Origin: Iphione sp. A-MEVVRFRX5
Lineage: Eukaryota
Direction of reading: 5' to 3'
Length of the DNA stretch: 64,000 nucleotides
Assembly: GCA_976226885.1 (NCBI GenBank)
Contig: OZ320323.1
Coordinates: 34,410,001 to 34,474,000, forward strand
In this document: in pieces, positions 47,301 through 60,395 of the stretch
How the letters are laid out: each line of letters begins with the position of its first letter
How positions within the stretch are numbered: the stretch's first letter is position 1
Notes under the pieces: generated by a model
The model's database searches: none
Told to the model about the DNA's origin: nothing
What the model saw: only the letters and a program-made list of their open reading frames with translations
Made by a program: the position numbers and the translations under genes

Positions 47301-50300
47301 TACTTTGTGATCTCCAGGCTCCAGGTCTGGAGGAGTCCATGGATGGAAAACAAGCAATGTCTGTTAATTCCTCCAGACTCCAGACTTTGGACACCCACAT
47401 GGACCAGCAGTATACAGCAGATTGTCATTGAAGGAGGAGCAACAGTGTCTGGCATGTTAGTTCATTTTAAATTATTTATTTGCATTGTAACTTGCCTTTT
47501 AAAAGAACTCTATTTACACAGATTTGGATGGTATTCCTTGAGGTTAGCACCAAAAAAACTTGCAGTTTACACAGATTTGGATGGATTTCCCCAACCGAAA
47601 TGTTCCCTCCGCACAAAAAACACATTATACACTCACACACTTCCAGACCTCTTCCTGTCCCCTGCCGATCACCTATACACATGGAAACTATCTATCCATG
47701 CCCGTCCAGAGAGGTGCAGAAAATTGATCAGTCAAGGTTTCCTCACATCCCCATATCCAGAAAATAAATCTGGACACATGGAAACCTGGCCTAAGTGGTT
47801 GGAAATATACAATGTTTTGTAGTTGTCGTGTTACAAGCAACTATATAGCTGTACTTCACTATTCTCCGCCAAGCAGAGATCCTACAGGCGTGAGTGAGAC
47901 ATATTGTGTAAATAGGCCATAAAAAATCATTCATTTTTTTCTCTATTACAACTGACCATTTTGTAAGCAATAAATTATGTATGATTTGCTGTATGCCCAA
48001 GTTCACCACCACACGTTAGTAATCTATCAATGTTGTATAACTTAATGAGTTGTGATGTATCGTGTGATGTCTAGAAGGACCAAACAAATGGGTAGAATTG
48101 GATTGGGGGTTTCTGGAGTGATGACAGTTGCGAAAAAGTGTGATGAGTGACTTGATGCACGAGAACTACATAGGAACCTTAATTGGTGTGTATGGGAGGG
48201 GAGATAGTGAACGTGGAGGTTTGGTACCTGAGACTGCCATTGAATGAAAGAAAGTAATTTTTCATCTATGCTTGGTATTACATGAGAGACACTTAGGAGA
48301 TGCTACCCAAACTACCGTTGTGATAAATATATGCTGCATTACCGGGGAATTACCCCTGTGATCGGCTTTTGCTTTTGATGACCTGTGATAATATAAATGA
48401 GGCGACAAATAGATCATTTCTTGTGTATCCTGTGATGTTTAGTGTGACCCAGCAAAAGGGTTGAATCCGAGAACAGCAGCTACTATTTTTCTGCATGTAC
48501 CAGCTTGGAATGTCTGTACGTTACCCATGAGAGGCCTGTCTATACTACTGTATATATAACACTGCGCTGCCTTTAATTGGTATAGGTGTTGTGTACGCTA
48601 GTATATTCCTTCTTATTGCCGTTGATGACCAACATATTGCTACTAAGGGTGCTGCACCACTCCAGAGATGGAGAACAGAACTGTTTCTTACATCGGGCTA
48701 TCTTATTATTGGCCAAATATGCTAGATGTGAAAACATTCATCTCCAAATGTTTGTGTTCTCAACTCTTAAAGAAAGGTCATGTTCCGTCTGAACCCCTCC
48801 ATCAGTATGTTGTCGGTGAACCTGCGGATAATTGAATTATATCAGTGTTTTCTTTACTCACTGTATGAACCTGTCCACTGCACTGAGTCTTTTCTTCAGT
48901 ATTCCGAACTTTACTTTAGTAATAAGACAACTTTTTACATACATTGGTCTACATTGTTACCACAACTGTGCATTTCGAAGTTATGTCCAGGATAGCTCTG
49001 TATTCAGAGAGGATTAATAAACCACTTGAATTTGAAATAATTGCAGCAATCATCTCATTAACTGTATCAATGACATATATGCATGTATAAATTTTATTCG
49101 TATTTAGCACCATTTAACATAGTTCCACAAATTAAGAAAATATTAGTCCATCATGATTAGCCTTCCTCATTTAAATACATGTATACATAATTCTGTATCC
49201 AAATGTTGATAAGATAGTAGAGTATATCAAAGATCATAACATTAACTGCCATTTTCTAACATAATTCTAACAGAATTCACAAAGTAACAAATTCATAGAC
49301 ATACCTAGTTGTTTGCCATGTGATCTAATAGACCAATGGCTGGTCCAGTAACAAATATCTAAACAATTCTCTCTTGATGACAGTTACATGACAGCTGGAC
49401 ACTAGTGGCAAGGAAGTCAAAAGCAGGATCACAATCGAATCAAAACGTTACAAAAAACAGTCATACGGAATGCTTGTTCTAGCAATCATTACAATATGAA
49501 GGATGAAATAATCGAAGAAGTTGACAGTACATGTATTAGATACCTTGGCCTAATATTGGGTTGGACACTAAGGTTATCTTTAAGCTGCGGTGTCTATCCA
49601 AAACCATATCGGATATAGTAACTTATAAGATAAGAATTCAGAGGAATTCCCTTAAACTAGGAATGACGATAATAGGGGTATCACTTTTCATAGACCGAGG
49701 AAGGAAAGTTTTCATTTATCGCAGCAGATTACTTCTCAGGGGTAAATTTACAATAACTGAAGCAAAATATACTGAGAAAGCATTCAGAACGATGATAGAA
49801 ATGGGGGGATGGACGGATACATTTTAGTAACATAAAGAGTATCACGAACTGAAAACAAAAAAATTAATATATGTAAAAGTATGTGAAAATCAGAAACACA
49901 GGCCAAGAAAATGAACGGAGGTTTGATTTATGCATGGAATCTCAATTAATTACAGCACAGGACTTGGTCCTCCAAGATTAAAGACGAAAAATCCCATCTG
50001 AAGAGGTTCAGCTCTTTCGCCTTTGTTTTCATCTGTATATATCATCAATGAATTCAAATGTTGGTAACAGATTCGATAATTATGCAGAAGTGCATCTTCT
50101 CAGGAAAAATTTAGTAAAACAAAATAGGCATGATAGGGTGAATACCTAGGTAGAAAGTGACCACGTGTTTGGTATCTTCGATCTCGTCTGCCTACACTGT
50201 TGGTGGACGTTTATAGTACCAATAACAATAAAGTTTTATTGTCCAACCGTCTCTTTGTACAAGGGTTTGTTTTCAGATGAGACATGACTTATTCCAGCTC

Positions 50301-50609
50301 TATGAAAATTTATCTTGCGACAATAAATCTGTGCATAGTTTACAATGAGCAAGACAGCACTTCGCTATAGTGAAGCCATAACCTTTTCACATATATCACA
50401 TGTCGGTAGTCTTTTTATGTTCTTCAGTAAATTGCTCCACCAATCAGTGTCCACTCTAATAAATGAACGATCGAACTGTATTTCTAGCCCGTGGGTATTG
50501 CCTAGTCAGGTTCTACTAGTTGCTAGTCTACATTAATGATAACTTGCCATCAAGAACATGTGGGCAGTCAGTGAGGTTCCCCTTCCATATTCGAAATCAA
50601 TCTGTTGGT

Positions 50610-50690
50610 TTGGTCTGGGTTAATTCGAACCTAGGTACCCAGCATCACTCTGTAAGGGCCAGCGCTCTGGACAATCCACTGTGCCAGGGT
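50610..50690 (-). mobile_element. tRNA-derived SINE head
   Basis: Minus strand has A box TGGCACAGTGG (50676-50686) and B-box-like GGTTCGAATTA (50621-50631). Confidence 0.55.
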
Positions 50691-51049
50691 AGATCATAAG
50701 TCTTTCATTCATTGGTTCTGTACATTGCCTGTGTGATGGTTAGACGTTTCACTTTTCATTAAAATGTACTTTCATAAATTACTGTACTCACAGTTTCATA
50801 AACTAAATGCATCTTTAGCGTAATCTCCGGAAATAATATTATAGGCACAATGCATCATTCCTTTTCCTTTGCATGTGTACGATTTGCCCAGAACATATCC
50901 TGGTATTGCTAATTGCGATATTTGTTGTACGGTTGCATTACGCAAGCTGACACCTCCTTTTGCCACAAGTGTTTTTCCTTACTATCATGAAACGATCTTT
51001 TTTTTTGAATTTTTAGCACAAGTCCTTTGTCACTGCACCATGTACGTCC

Positions 51050-51313
51050 GTCCAGTGATGGTCTGTCATGGAGGCTGACGGTAAGGCAAAGCTTGCATCC
51101 TCTTCGGCTTTGCGTTATGCTGTTGATAACGACTGTAAACACTAGAGGGCCAAACGTGGGGCCCTGTGCCACCTCTGTTGTCTGATCACTTTCTTTTGAC
51201 TTCACTCGATGTACTACTGCGTAGCGTCTTCTCCCTCTGAAGTGATTTCCGAGTAGCTGCAACAGTTTCGTTGGGATTCCACTATTGAATAGTGTCGTTT
51301 TCAAGTAAAACAA
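51050..51313 (-). mobile_element. CR1/L2-type RT fragment (domains 3-5)
   Basis: GIPTKLLQLLGNHFRGRRRYAVV...EVAQGPTFGPLVFTVVINSI, a decayed GVPQGS.LGP.LF...IN motif. Confidence 0.72.
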
Positions 51314-51498
51314 ACGCCATTATCATTATTTGCATATTTAAATAATACCTGAGTATATATTATGTAGAATTTCTGGATTGGCGGTCCCGGTTTATTTCAG
51401 CTTTTGAAAACCACTCACATATCAGCTGCATGTCTAAAAAATCATTTGAAACGAGCTAGATTCCAGTTGCCCCTCTTATTGTGCCCTGATACTCCGAG

Positions 51499-52900
51499 AT
51501 GGATGAACCAAACTTTGATCTAGACCTGGACCTTTTGTCCCAAGTGGAGGTGTTGGAAGGCAGTTATGCTGCTTCAGATCCCCAGACACAAGACAATTCT
51601 TCTCCAAAAGTGTATGCAACGTTGACTACTGCTGCAGCTCCTCCTGATATTGTTGATACTCCTCCAAGTACACCTGCTTCATGTGGTGACACTGATTATT
51701 CTCATCTTCAAGCCCGATTCGACCCTGTCCTGTCATCTCGTGAGTTTCAGTCTACCTTGGATCAGCGCATTCCTAGGAATATGCAACAAGCATCCAAATG
51801 GGCATTATCACTTTTCGAGGAGTGGCACACTTGGAGGAATTGGACTGAAGATTCCAAGCTGGATGAGAACTGGCCTATTCCTGCACTTGATACTTCAGAC
51901 CTGCCTAAGCTGGACTATTGGCTTGCCAGGTTTATCACAGAGATTAGGAAAAAGGATAATTCACTGTACCCCTCCAGCTATGTATATTTCAATTTTTCTC
52001 ATTTAAAAAAATAGGTCTAAGGCCTTTTTGTCGAATTTTATGCTTCATGTGGTCTCATTGTATTTTTTCAGGTACATTGACAAATATTTCTGCTGACATC
52101 CAATGGTATATGTGAGATTCTCTCCATCGACCTGACATCTGGCTTCTGAAGAAGGAGGACAAGAATTTTTAAATGTTCCGTAATGCTCTGGATGCTCGGA
52201 GGAAAGTGCTGTTGGCTACTGGTCTGGGTACTACTCCATCACATGCTGATCCTGATTCTGCTTCTGAGGAAAGTAAATTATGGGATTCTGATGTTATCGG
52301 TTTTAAGGATGCCATGTCTTTCTCACATGCAGTCTATTTCTATAATTGTAAAATATTCTGATTTAGGGCTTAAGATGAACATTCTAATCTCATGGCTGAG
52401 CAATACACATTTGGTACAGATGAGGATGGAAGTAGATACATTCTTTATAATGGCAAGTTAGCCAAGACTATTACAGGAAAATTCAGTCAGGTGAAACATT
52501 ATTCACAGCCAGAAAACCCTAGGTGTGTGGTCAAAATGTTTTAGACATATCTCAAGGGCATTCCACAAAATGGGTGCTTCTTTCATAGACCCCTGTCAAA
52601 TGTAAATGGAAAAATCACTTTCAGCTCACAGAATGTCAGTATTGATAAATTGACAATGTACATGAAGGATATGTTCATTGCAGCGAATATTTCAATGGAT
52701 GGTAAGAATATTACTGGGCATTCAGGGAAGGTAACGTGCTGTACTACACTCTATGATAACAATTTGATGAACAGGCAATTACTTCTTGTAGTGGCCATAA
52801 ATTTACTGCCATTAGGGCATACAAGAGGCCTTCTGTTGCCTCTGGAGCATAAAATTAGTGATAGCCTGCAACCACCGCTTCCAAAGGAAAATTCTGATGA
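51499..52900 (+). mobile_element. Crypton-type tyrosine-recombinase gene (DUF3504-like), copy 1, full-length but pseudogenised, one intron (51978-52071)
   Basis: IPRNMQQASKWALSLFEEW, LDYWLARFITEIRKKD, YPPG|TL.NI, EESKLWDSDVIG, VYFYNCKIF.FRA.DEH, NPRCVVKMF, FFHRPL, ITGHSGKVTCCTTLY, and SGHK...AYKR across a frameshift. The donor is mutated (CT); acceptor ttttttcAG at 52070-71; several stops. Confidence 0.88.
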
Positions 52901-53304
52901 GGAGAGTCCTTCTCAATGCATTTCCCAGCCAATTTCCCAGCAAATTCCTTCAAATGAACATCTGAGTACCCAAAAAAGGCATTATTTATTTGATCAATTC
53001 AGATGTTTCCACTTTTATCAGCCCCACAAACACATGCCAAGTAGTTCTTCTTATGGATGGGAAAAAAGTCATTGTACAGTTGTAGATGATTCCATCCATT
53101 TCCAGCATTAAAATGTGTTCTGTTCCATGCTTGTTTTATTCAGAAATAAACATTTTCTATGTAGATGACTGTCTGTGTCTATTTCCACTTCGCTCACATC
53201 ACAGGGCGCCACTGTAAAATTATGTATGAGCTGTATCTATAATCTATAATTTTCACAGGTGCAGGTTCAATACGTAGGATAATGTCACACTTCATGTGCT
53301 TTAA

Positions 53305-53328
53305 ATATATATATATATATATATATAT
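53305..53328 (+). repeat. (AT)12 microsatellite
   Basis: Read directly. Confidence 0.95.
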
Positions 53329-54180
53329 CAATTGACTAAAAGAAAAGGGAGCTTTTTCCCAAGGTTACGTTTAGGTACTGGCCTACATAATAAAGATAGG
53401 AGGTCACATAACAGCTCTTCAGAAAGGCCTTGTTCAGGGCTTCCTTTTGATAGTAGTCGTGAAGCTCTCGCTAGAACGGACACGAAGTGATCAGTTGTTA
53501 AAGATAAGCTGATAAAGTAAAGACAGCCACTGGAGGTTTTATCGCTGGCACTCAGAGACATGTACACACACACACGGGTGGGCTCTGTGAATAAATGGCG
53601 GGATAAGACGTTAGTTGCTGATTTGCACCGAAACTGATTTGGCCCCTTACCCTCACATACTACTATTATATAGACGAGTCAAATCATGTGGAATGTCAAA
53701 GCATAAACTAATATCATATTTGTAGGGACAACGTCAGTATGACAAACCTAGTAATCTTTTTACACTTCTTAACTTTTGTATCATCTCTGTTATTCATGTC
53801 CATCTCGGGTGGCGTTCACACTGCATCTTTGATTGGTAATCACCCAAAACAACAAATGGCATGCTGACAATATTTTACCCCTTTCTGATTTTTTCAGGAA
53901 GCCTATGGTTTTGGCACCAGGTCTAGAATGCTGCACAGTGAGAGGTGACGACATGCTTATTGTGGCCTCACAATTTGTTTAGTGATCATCGATCAGTATC
54001 TATGAGTTTGAGAGGTAGACTTATTGATTGATACCTTAAAATTTCCACCAACCCCCTGGCGCACTCCCGGCCTTCTTGCTAGTGCCGACTCTATCGGCTC
54101 CCTACTCGCTCCCTCCTGTCTCCTGTCCCTGAGCCAAAATTAGAAGGGGGTAGTGTGGGTGGAGCACACTCAAGGCGGAG

Positions 54181-56110
54181 TTAAGTATTAGGTATTGGAT
54201 ACAGCACGAGGGCGTGCATGTATGCGTTAGATTGGCACGGTTTGGATTAGCTGCACGAGACGCAGTCGAGTGGAGCGAATCCAAACCGTGACAATCTAAC
54301 GCATACATGCACGCCCAAGTGCTGTATGTAGCTTAAAGCAAGGGCGCCAATTTGGGCGTACAGTGGGCGTATCCAAGGACGCATGTAACCAATTAACGAC
54401 ACGCTTCCATTTAAAAAACCACAATAACCACGTGGCCCCTAACCGTTTCAGGCTCCTACCCCTCGTTACTTTAGTCCTTACTGAGGAGGCCCAGCATGGA
54501 CTTCAACGATATCCCAAATTTTGAGATCGAGCTTGATTTATGCACTCAAGCTGATCAATTGGAGAAGCAATATTTCTCTCAGAGTCAGCAGTCCACTCAG
54601 GAAGATGATGAACAGTCTTCACGATTTGCTCCAGTGCAATCAGAGCACGAATTTAAGGCCATTTTAGCCTCCCGAATTCCAAAAAACACTCAGCAATCGT
54701 CCAACTGGGCCCACAATATGTATCGAGAGTGGAGAACATGGAGGAACGGCCACAGCAAATCACATTTGGACAAGAATTGGCCAGTTCCTGCCCTTACAAC
54801 TGATAAGCTTGACTTACTGGATTACTGGTTGGCACGCTTTGTCACCGAAATCAGGAAGCAGGATCACGAAGATTACCCTCCAGGTGTGTAAATTTTTATC
54901 ACTTTTTCTAACAACCAGGGGGGGGGGGACCCTTTCTTGCAAAGACAATCACTGGAAAAGTTAGCTCCAAATGTAATCCGAGATTGGTCAAGCATTATGG
55001 CCAGCCACACAATGAAAGATGCTTGGTCAAGTTGTTTAGGAAGTATTTGGATTGTGTTCCGAAAACAGGCAGATTCTACCGGCGCCCATTAGCCAACGTC
55101 AACAATCAAGTTGTCTTCAGTGTTCAGCACGTAGGGGTGAATAAGTTGTCACAATACATGACCAGCATGTTTCAAGCAGCAGGAATTGATATGGAAGGCC
55201 GCAATATCAGTGGCCATAGTGGTAAGGTGGCATGTTGTACGACTCTTTATGAGCAGCAATTTGATGAACAAGCCATTACCTCGCGCAGTGGCCATCGTTC
55301 AAATGCAGTGCGTTTGTATAAGAGACCTTCCCTTGATCTTGAGAAACGTATCAGCGACTCACTACAGCCCCCACCCCCCAAAACAACAAGAACCTGCACG
55401 ATCACCAAACCCACACCACCCAATGATGTTCAACACACCACAATGCAGCCCAAACCCTCCACCTCCACAGCCGCTCATTCCACTCCCATCCAAACCCCCA
55501 AGTCGAAGTCACCACCCCCTAGAGTAATGCCCGTTAGCCCGATCACCCCGTACACTTCACACGAATCCGTTGGCCACAATTCAACCAGCACCTCACCTAA
55601 CAACACTACCACAGACCTTGCCGTGTCCCCAGCTCAGGGTACCCTTCACCTAGCATCCTTGATTGATACAAAAATGTTTACGGTGGTCGTTCCAAGTGAC
55701 GTTTTCCAAGTCGCCATTCTAAAGGATGGCAAGAAAGTAGTCGTTCAGATCTAATCTTTCACTCCTGTATGCCATACTTCAACGCCTAATTTCAGGTATG
55801 TGATTTGTATTCCTTCATTGTATTCATATGTCCTAAATAGTCTTGTTCTGTGCATGTATGTATGATTTTCTATTTGATGTGTTTATTACAAATGGTTACG
55901 CATGTTGGTATTTAAATAAATGTTTTTCGTTCAATGCATTTCTGTCTGTTTCTTCTCCCACTCAATTGCCTTGTGTACGTCAACTATGTTATGCAACCCC
56001 ATTTAATCCACTGTTAACAACACCTCCCCCAAACAAACCGCCTTCAGCCGTCGGTGTTCACGCCTTTCAACCCGTGCAGTATGCGAAATATTCGCACTGC
56101 ACGGCTATAT
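54181..56110 (+). mobile_element. Crypton-type element, copy 2, internally deleted; 5' long palindrome and 3' hairpin
   Basis: Exon 1 (54496-54883) is homologous to copy 1, with an intact donor G|GTGTGT. The C-terminal frame (~54937-55754) has ISGHSGKVACCTTLY...SGHRSNAVRLYKR. The segment equivalent to copy 1 ~52030-52455 is absent. There is a 50-bp inverted repeat at 54199-54248 / 54278-54327 and a hairpin at 56072-56104. Confidence 0.88.
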
Positions 56111-56269
56111 AGGCCTAAAGAGAAAAAAAGATGGTGCCCGTGCTTTAATGGAGTATACAGCAAGTTTGTGTTGGGCCACTGGTCAGAATCACACTGTTTT
56201 GTATTCAGTCGAGCTAAGCAGAGCCTCTTGGTCATTCATCTTGTTGACTTCAAGAAATAAACATCTAAA

Positions 56270-56587
56270 AGTTACTACTGCAGAAAGCTGATCCCAACTA
56301 ACAAGCCAAGGCTGAACTTAATGAAGAACAGTTTTCTTAGTCAGGGAATCAAATGTTGGAATGAGTTACCGCCAACTCACAAAGAAAAGAAAAGAATAAG
56401 GGCAGCAACAGTTGCACACCATACTAACCAAACTCATACATGAGCCTTAAATAGTAATTCATACACATACGTAAAGAGTACTTGTACAATTCACTTGTTT
56501 ATATTCCTGTACACCTTTTTGTATATTCGCCGGAATGTCCCGGACATTTGTCTGGGTCGGGAATCAATAAAAACTTCAACTTCAACT
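56270..56587 (+). mobile_element. 5'-truncated CR1/L2-type LINE 3' end
   Basis: KPRLNLMKNSFLSQGIKCWNELP (C-terminal SF...WN.LP motif), AATAAA at 56566 and an (AACTTC)n tail to 56587. Confidence 0.7.
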
Positions 56588-59500
56588 ACTGTCATCATGT
56601 CACTTCATTCAGGGCATGCAATATATACATATAAATAATTATAAATCTATGTATAACATTATCTGTCACCTTCCATGCATGCTGTGCACATTTCTATTCC
56701 TGCTTATTAATCAAAGAAAGCTCAACAACTTGTATTGAGAATTAATAAACGATATCCAATAATCCAATTTAATTCAATGTGAAAAAGGGGCTGTAAACGA
56801 AATAATGCAAGGAAGGAATTATCCAGGTGAGGCTTAGTTGGATAAGGGAAAACCCAATATCTTCTATAGGCCTATTCATTGCTCGGTTTCTAAAGAAATT
56901 ACAGTGAGTGCGGACAAGTCAACTTAGAACTATGGCTGTAGCCCCATGCATACGTGTATCGACCGCCAGACACAGATTGGGTAGGCCTATTCCTTCTTTT
57001 TACGTGATCATGATAAAATTCATGAAACGTTCATATGTGCAAATATATCTTACGTCTATATATGCAGGGTTCAAACTTAATCTTTTAAAACGTTGAACAA
57101 ATGGATGAAGAGCCGTAGAATAGTTTTAACCCCACTTACTTTTTGCCAACCTCACTGCTCAATTTGAGGTGATGCATCAATGAAGTGCAAAGCCTCTAAC
57201 CGGGACAACCAGGGTTGTTCCTAATTGAGGTGTGCCCCTATTAGAGACTTCTTTTAAGCTATAGACAAGACCATCAGTTCTTCTTAAAAGTGTCCTCACC
57301 AGAGGCTTGTCCCTATTGAAAATATCCCAAGGTGGTTCTTATTGTCATTGTCTTTACTGGTACCACCCCCTCGCTTCCCATAGCAACACACACTCAAATA
57401 CTTTGATATACATGTACATGTATATATATATATATCCACTACCTCCCTCTCATCTCAGTTGCGTTTACTGTTCCCCCACATATCTACAAACTCATATATA
57501 TTTATAATACATACCATCAGTCTCCCTCTCACCTACAGTTGCACTGGATTGTACCAAAGACAAATGAAGCTATCACTTGCTTTGCGCAAATGACGAATAT
57601 CCACAGTGCGCTGTACATGTATGACACAGGTAGCCTCGGTTACCTAATTTACTTAGCTGCCATTACAGTGTGATTTACGACGAAGTGCGTAGAATCTAGG
57701 TTATTTGTTCAAGCTATGTGCGTAGGATAATGTTTTTAGGCGTTTACCACTTCTCCAACTTACCTAAAATTGTGGTATCTTCTGCTTCGTCTACCTGAGA
57801 CGGACAAGTATGTTGGACGTCGTTGCCTGCTTGCTCTCCCTTGTACGCGGCCACGATTAGAAACCAGGTGTATACGACTTCCTTATCAGCGATCTGACTC
57901 AACTGCAAAAATGGACGTTGATCGCCTCAGAACAAAAACTGTGGCAAACGAGCGGCAAATCACTATAATGTGAAACAGGGCATGGTGCTGAAACAAATAA
58001 GAATGAAGGTGGGTGCAACTAGTTTTGTTCAGCGCGTGAATCGCGATCTCCACTGTAGTTTCTCCATGAAAAGTCAGATGGCTCTGACGTTATATCGCCT
58101 ACCTGTCTTCACTCCGTCTTTCAGCTCAAATTCGCTTGATCTCTCCTTTTCAATGATGGTAATTGCCATGTACACATGCGTAGCCGGTGACTGGAAGCAG
58201 GAGGCATGTGATTTTCACTTAAGAATAGAGCACAGTGTCACATGCTTGCTTAGATGCTTAGATTTTGATGACATTTTCAAAATGACATCTTATAGTGTTG
58301 AAGCTTCTGGCATGCATTTAGACTTATTTGAAGTAGATAAAGCTCAGTCCCCGCATCCTCGGATTAGCAGGAATGGGTGTTTCTGATTGTATGTGTTAGA
58401 TTTTAATGGAAAAAGGACCCCTTTTCAGACATTTTCCTTGCTCAGAAATGCAGTCAGTATTTTGCTTTTTACACTACCTATATAAAATGTTGCCCGAAAA
58501 TAGTCCGGCCATGGAGGCTGACATATGTGGTCCTGTGGTTTTACGAGATTTAGTATCATTGCGCCTCTGTGTCCAGTCAAGCATAACAGAAGGTTGTAAA
58601 ATACTATCCCTCCGCCTGATAAGGGAGGTGCCGTAGGCGCTTGTCAATAGTAAAAAGTCATTGTCCACCCTAAAAAAAATCAATAAAACGACTTGTGTTT
58701 GGGATGCATATGCCATTTCCTCCCCCTTTCTCCCAGTATATAGGTTTGTGCTGGGACCAACAAATGAAGTCCCGTGGCGGTGGCTTGGAACTCGGGGGCA
58801 GTGGCTTGGAGTTTACGTGCGACCCAACTGAATGTGCCGGGAGGGGTATGAACCATTAGATAAACCCGTAAACCGGTAGACTTGGCGGTTACAACCAGAG
58901 CTAGTCAGAAAAGTCGACCCAACCAAAAAGTTATCTTCAGTGAAGGTCCTCTTGGGGTCCTCTAATTATGAGATGCATGAACAAATTACCACATTTCTCA
59001 GTGTTTTGTTACCGCTGAAGGGCTGATTTACTGAGTGGTTTTTTACTTGGAATTGCCCTGTTCATGTTGTAGACTTTATATTGCATTCCGGCAAGACCTG
59101 CAACACGTCTATGTTTGTTCTGGTTTACTGTTTTTTTACGGTTAATTATTATCACAATTCAGTTACCAACATACTGTATTCAGAATTTTTAAAATTGGCT
59201 TAGAGATTTTTTGTATTTGCGGCCATGCACGGTTTTGATTATTATAACGAAGATACATACTGGTTGTTATGATCAATTATCAATGATTCAAAGTGTTTAC
59301 ATTCCAATTGGCAGATTTCAGTCAATTAAAAGTTCCTATGAGCATTTCTATTTTATGCCCCTGTTGGAAATCAGTAAGAAATACCGAATTATTTATTTTT
59401 CAGTCAATACAACTGAAATTGACACCCATACATGGCTTGAAATATCTATATCACCTGAAATGCCATTTTAGACATGTATCTTAACTTGTCTGTATTTTGG

Positions 59501-60395
59501 CTGTCCAACAGATGATGGGTGAGGTTTCTTGTATACATGTACAATGCAATGCGGCTGATCATATGCTGATCACTTGCTGCTCAACAAGCCACTATTTTCA
59601 TGGATGGCGAACAAGGGAACGATGGACGTTCGGACCTATTCATTTCTGGAAAGACTTTCTTGTAGTGCACACGAGAAAGAGCCTTGTTATGACCGTCTGA
59701 ATTCTCTTGTGCAAAATGATGACAGGATTTTTCTGATCAAGTCAGAAGAAGTAACGCCATAATGTCGGTCTGAAAGCGTCTGCTATTGGGAAAATGTTTA
59801 TGGTTTGTTTTCAATACAAATCGCGTTATCGCTATATAGGTTCAACTGCATGTTTCAAGGAAGAACAACCCGTCCGTTGACTGTTTGGGCTAAGCCTGTG
59901 AACTGAGGCCGAAAGCCCCCTCCATCTTACTGAGTGATATACATCATCAAAATCTTGTAAGGCAAATATTGCAGCTGGGAACAGCCCCACCTCTACTGGT
60001 CATTGGCCAGTTAGCATTTGAAGAGGGGTTGTCGTCCAGTTACCCCTGGTGACCTGTACATACCTGATCTGCCTATAGGTGGCAGTTGTGAGTTGCACCT
60101 TAGCGCCCTCTCGTGTATGAGTAGAGAGCGCAGTTATTATGTACATAAATAAGTCCACCTTATTCATATATTCCATGACTACATGTATCAACAGAGGAAC
60201 AACCAGAGTATATGCTGACTGGGCGAAGCCTGTCGATTGACGCCAAAACCCCCCTCCAAGTCCCTCATAGGCATAATTATATGGCATGCAATATACGATA
60301 GTAAATTATTTTTTCCTCCACCTTTTGCCAATTCCTACAGAACACTGGTAGCGCCGTGTGTCAATATCTATTTCACATTCTAAAGACTTTCCATT

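Noticed and set aside
47066-47822. Overlapping ORFs up to 171 aa
   Set aside because: No recognisable family and no consistent splice partners were found; left unannotated.
49300-50260. IEEVD...IRYLG suggesting a very old LINE RT C-terminus
   Set aside because: It is plausible but too decayed to assign boundaries or clade.
57770-58716. Cluster of 67-138 aa ORFs
   Set aside because: No domain motifs were recognised; they are compatible with chance ORFs.
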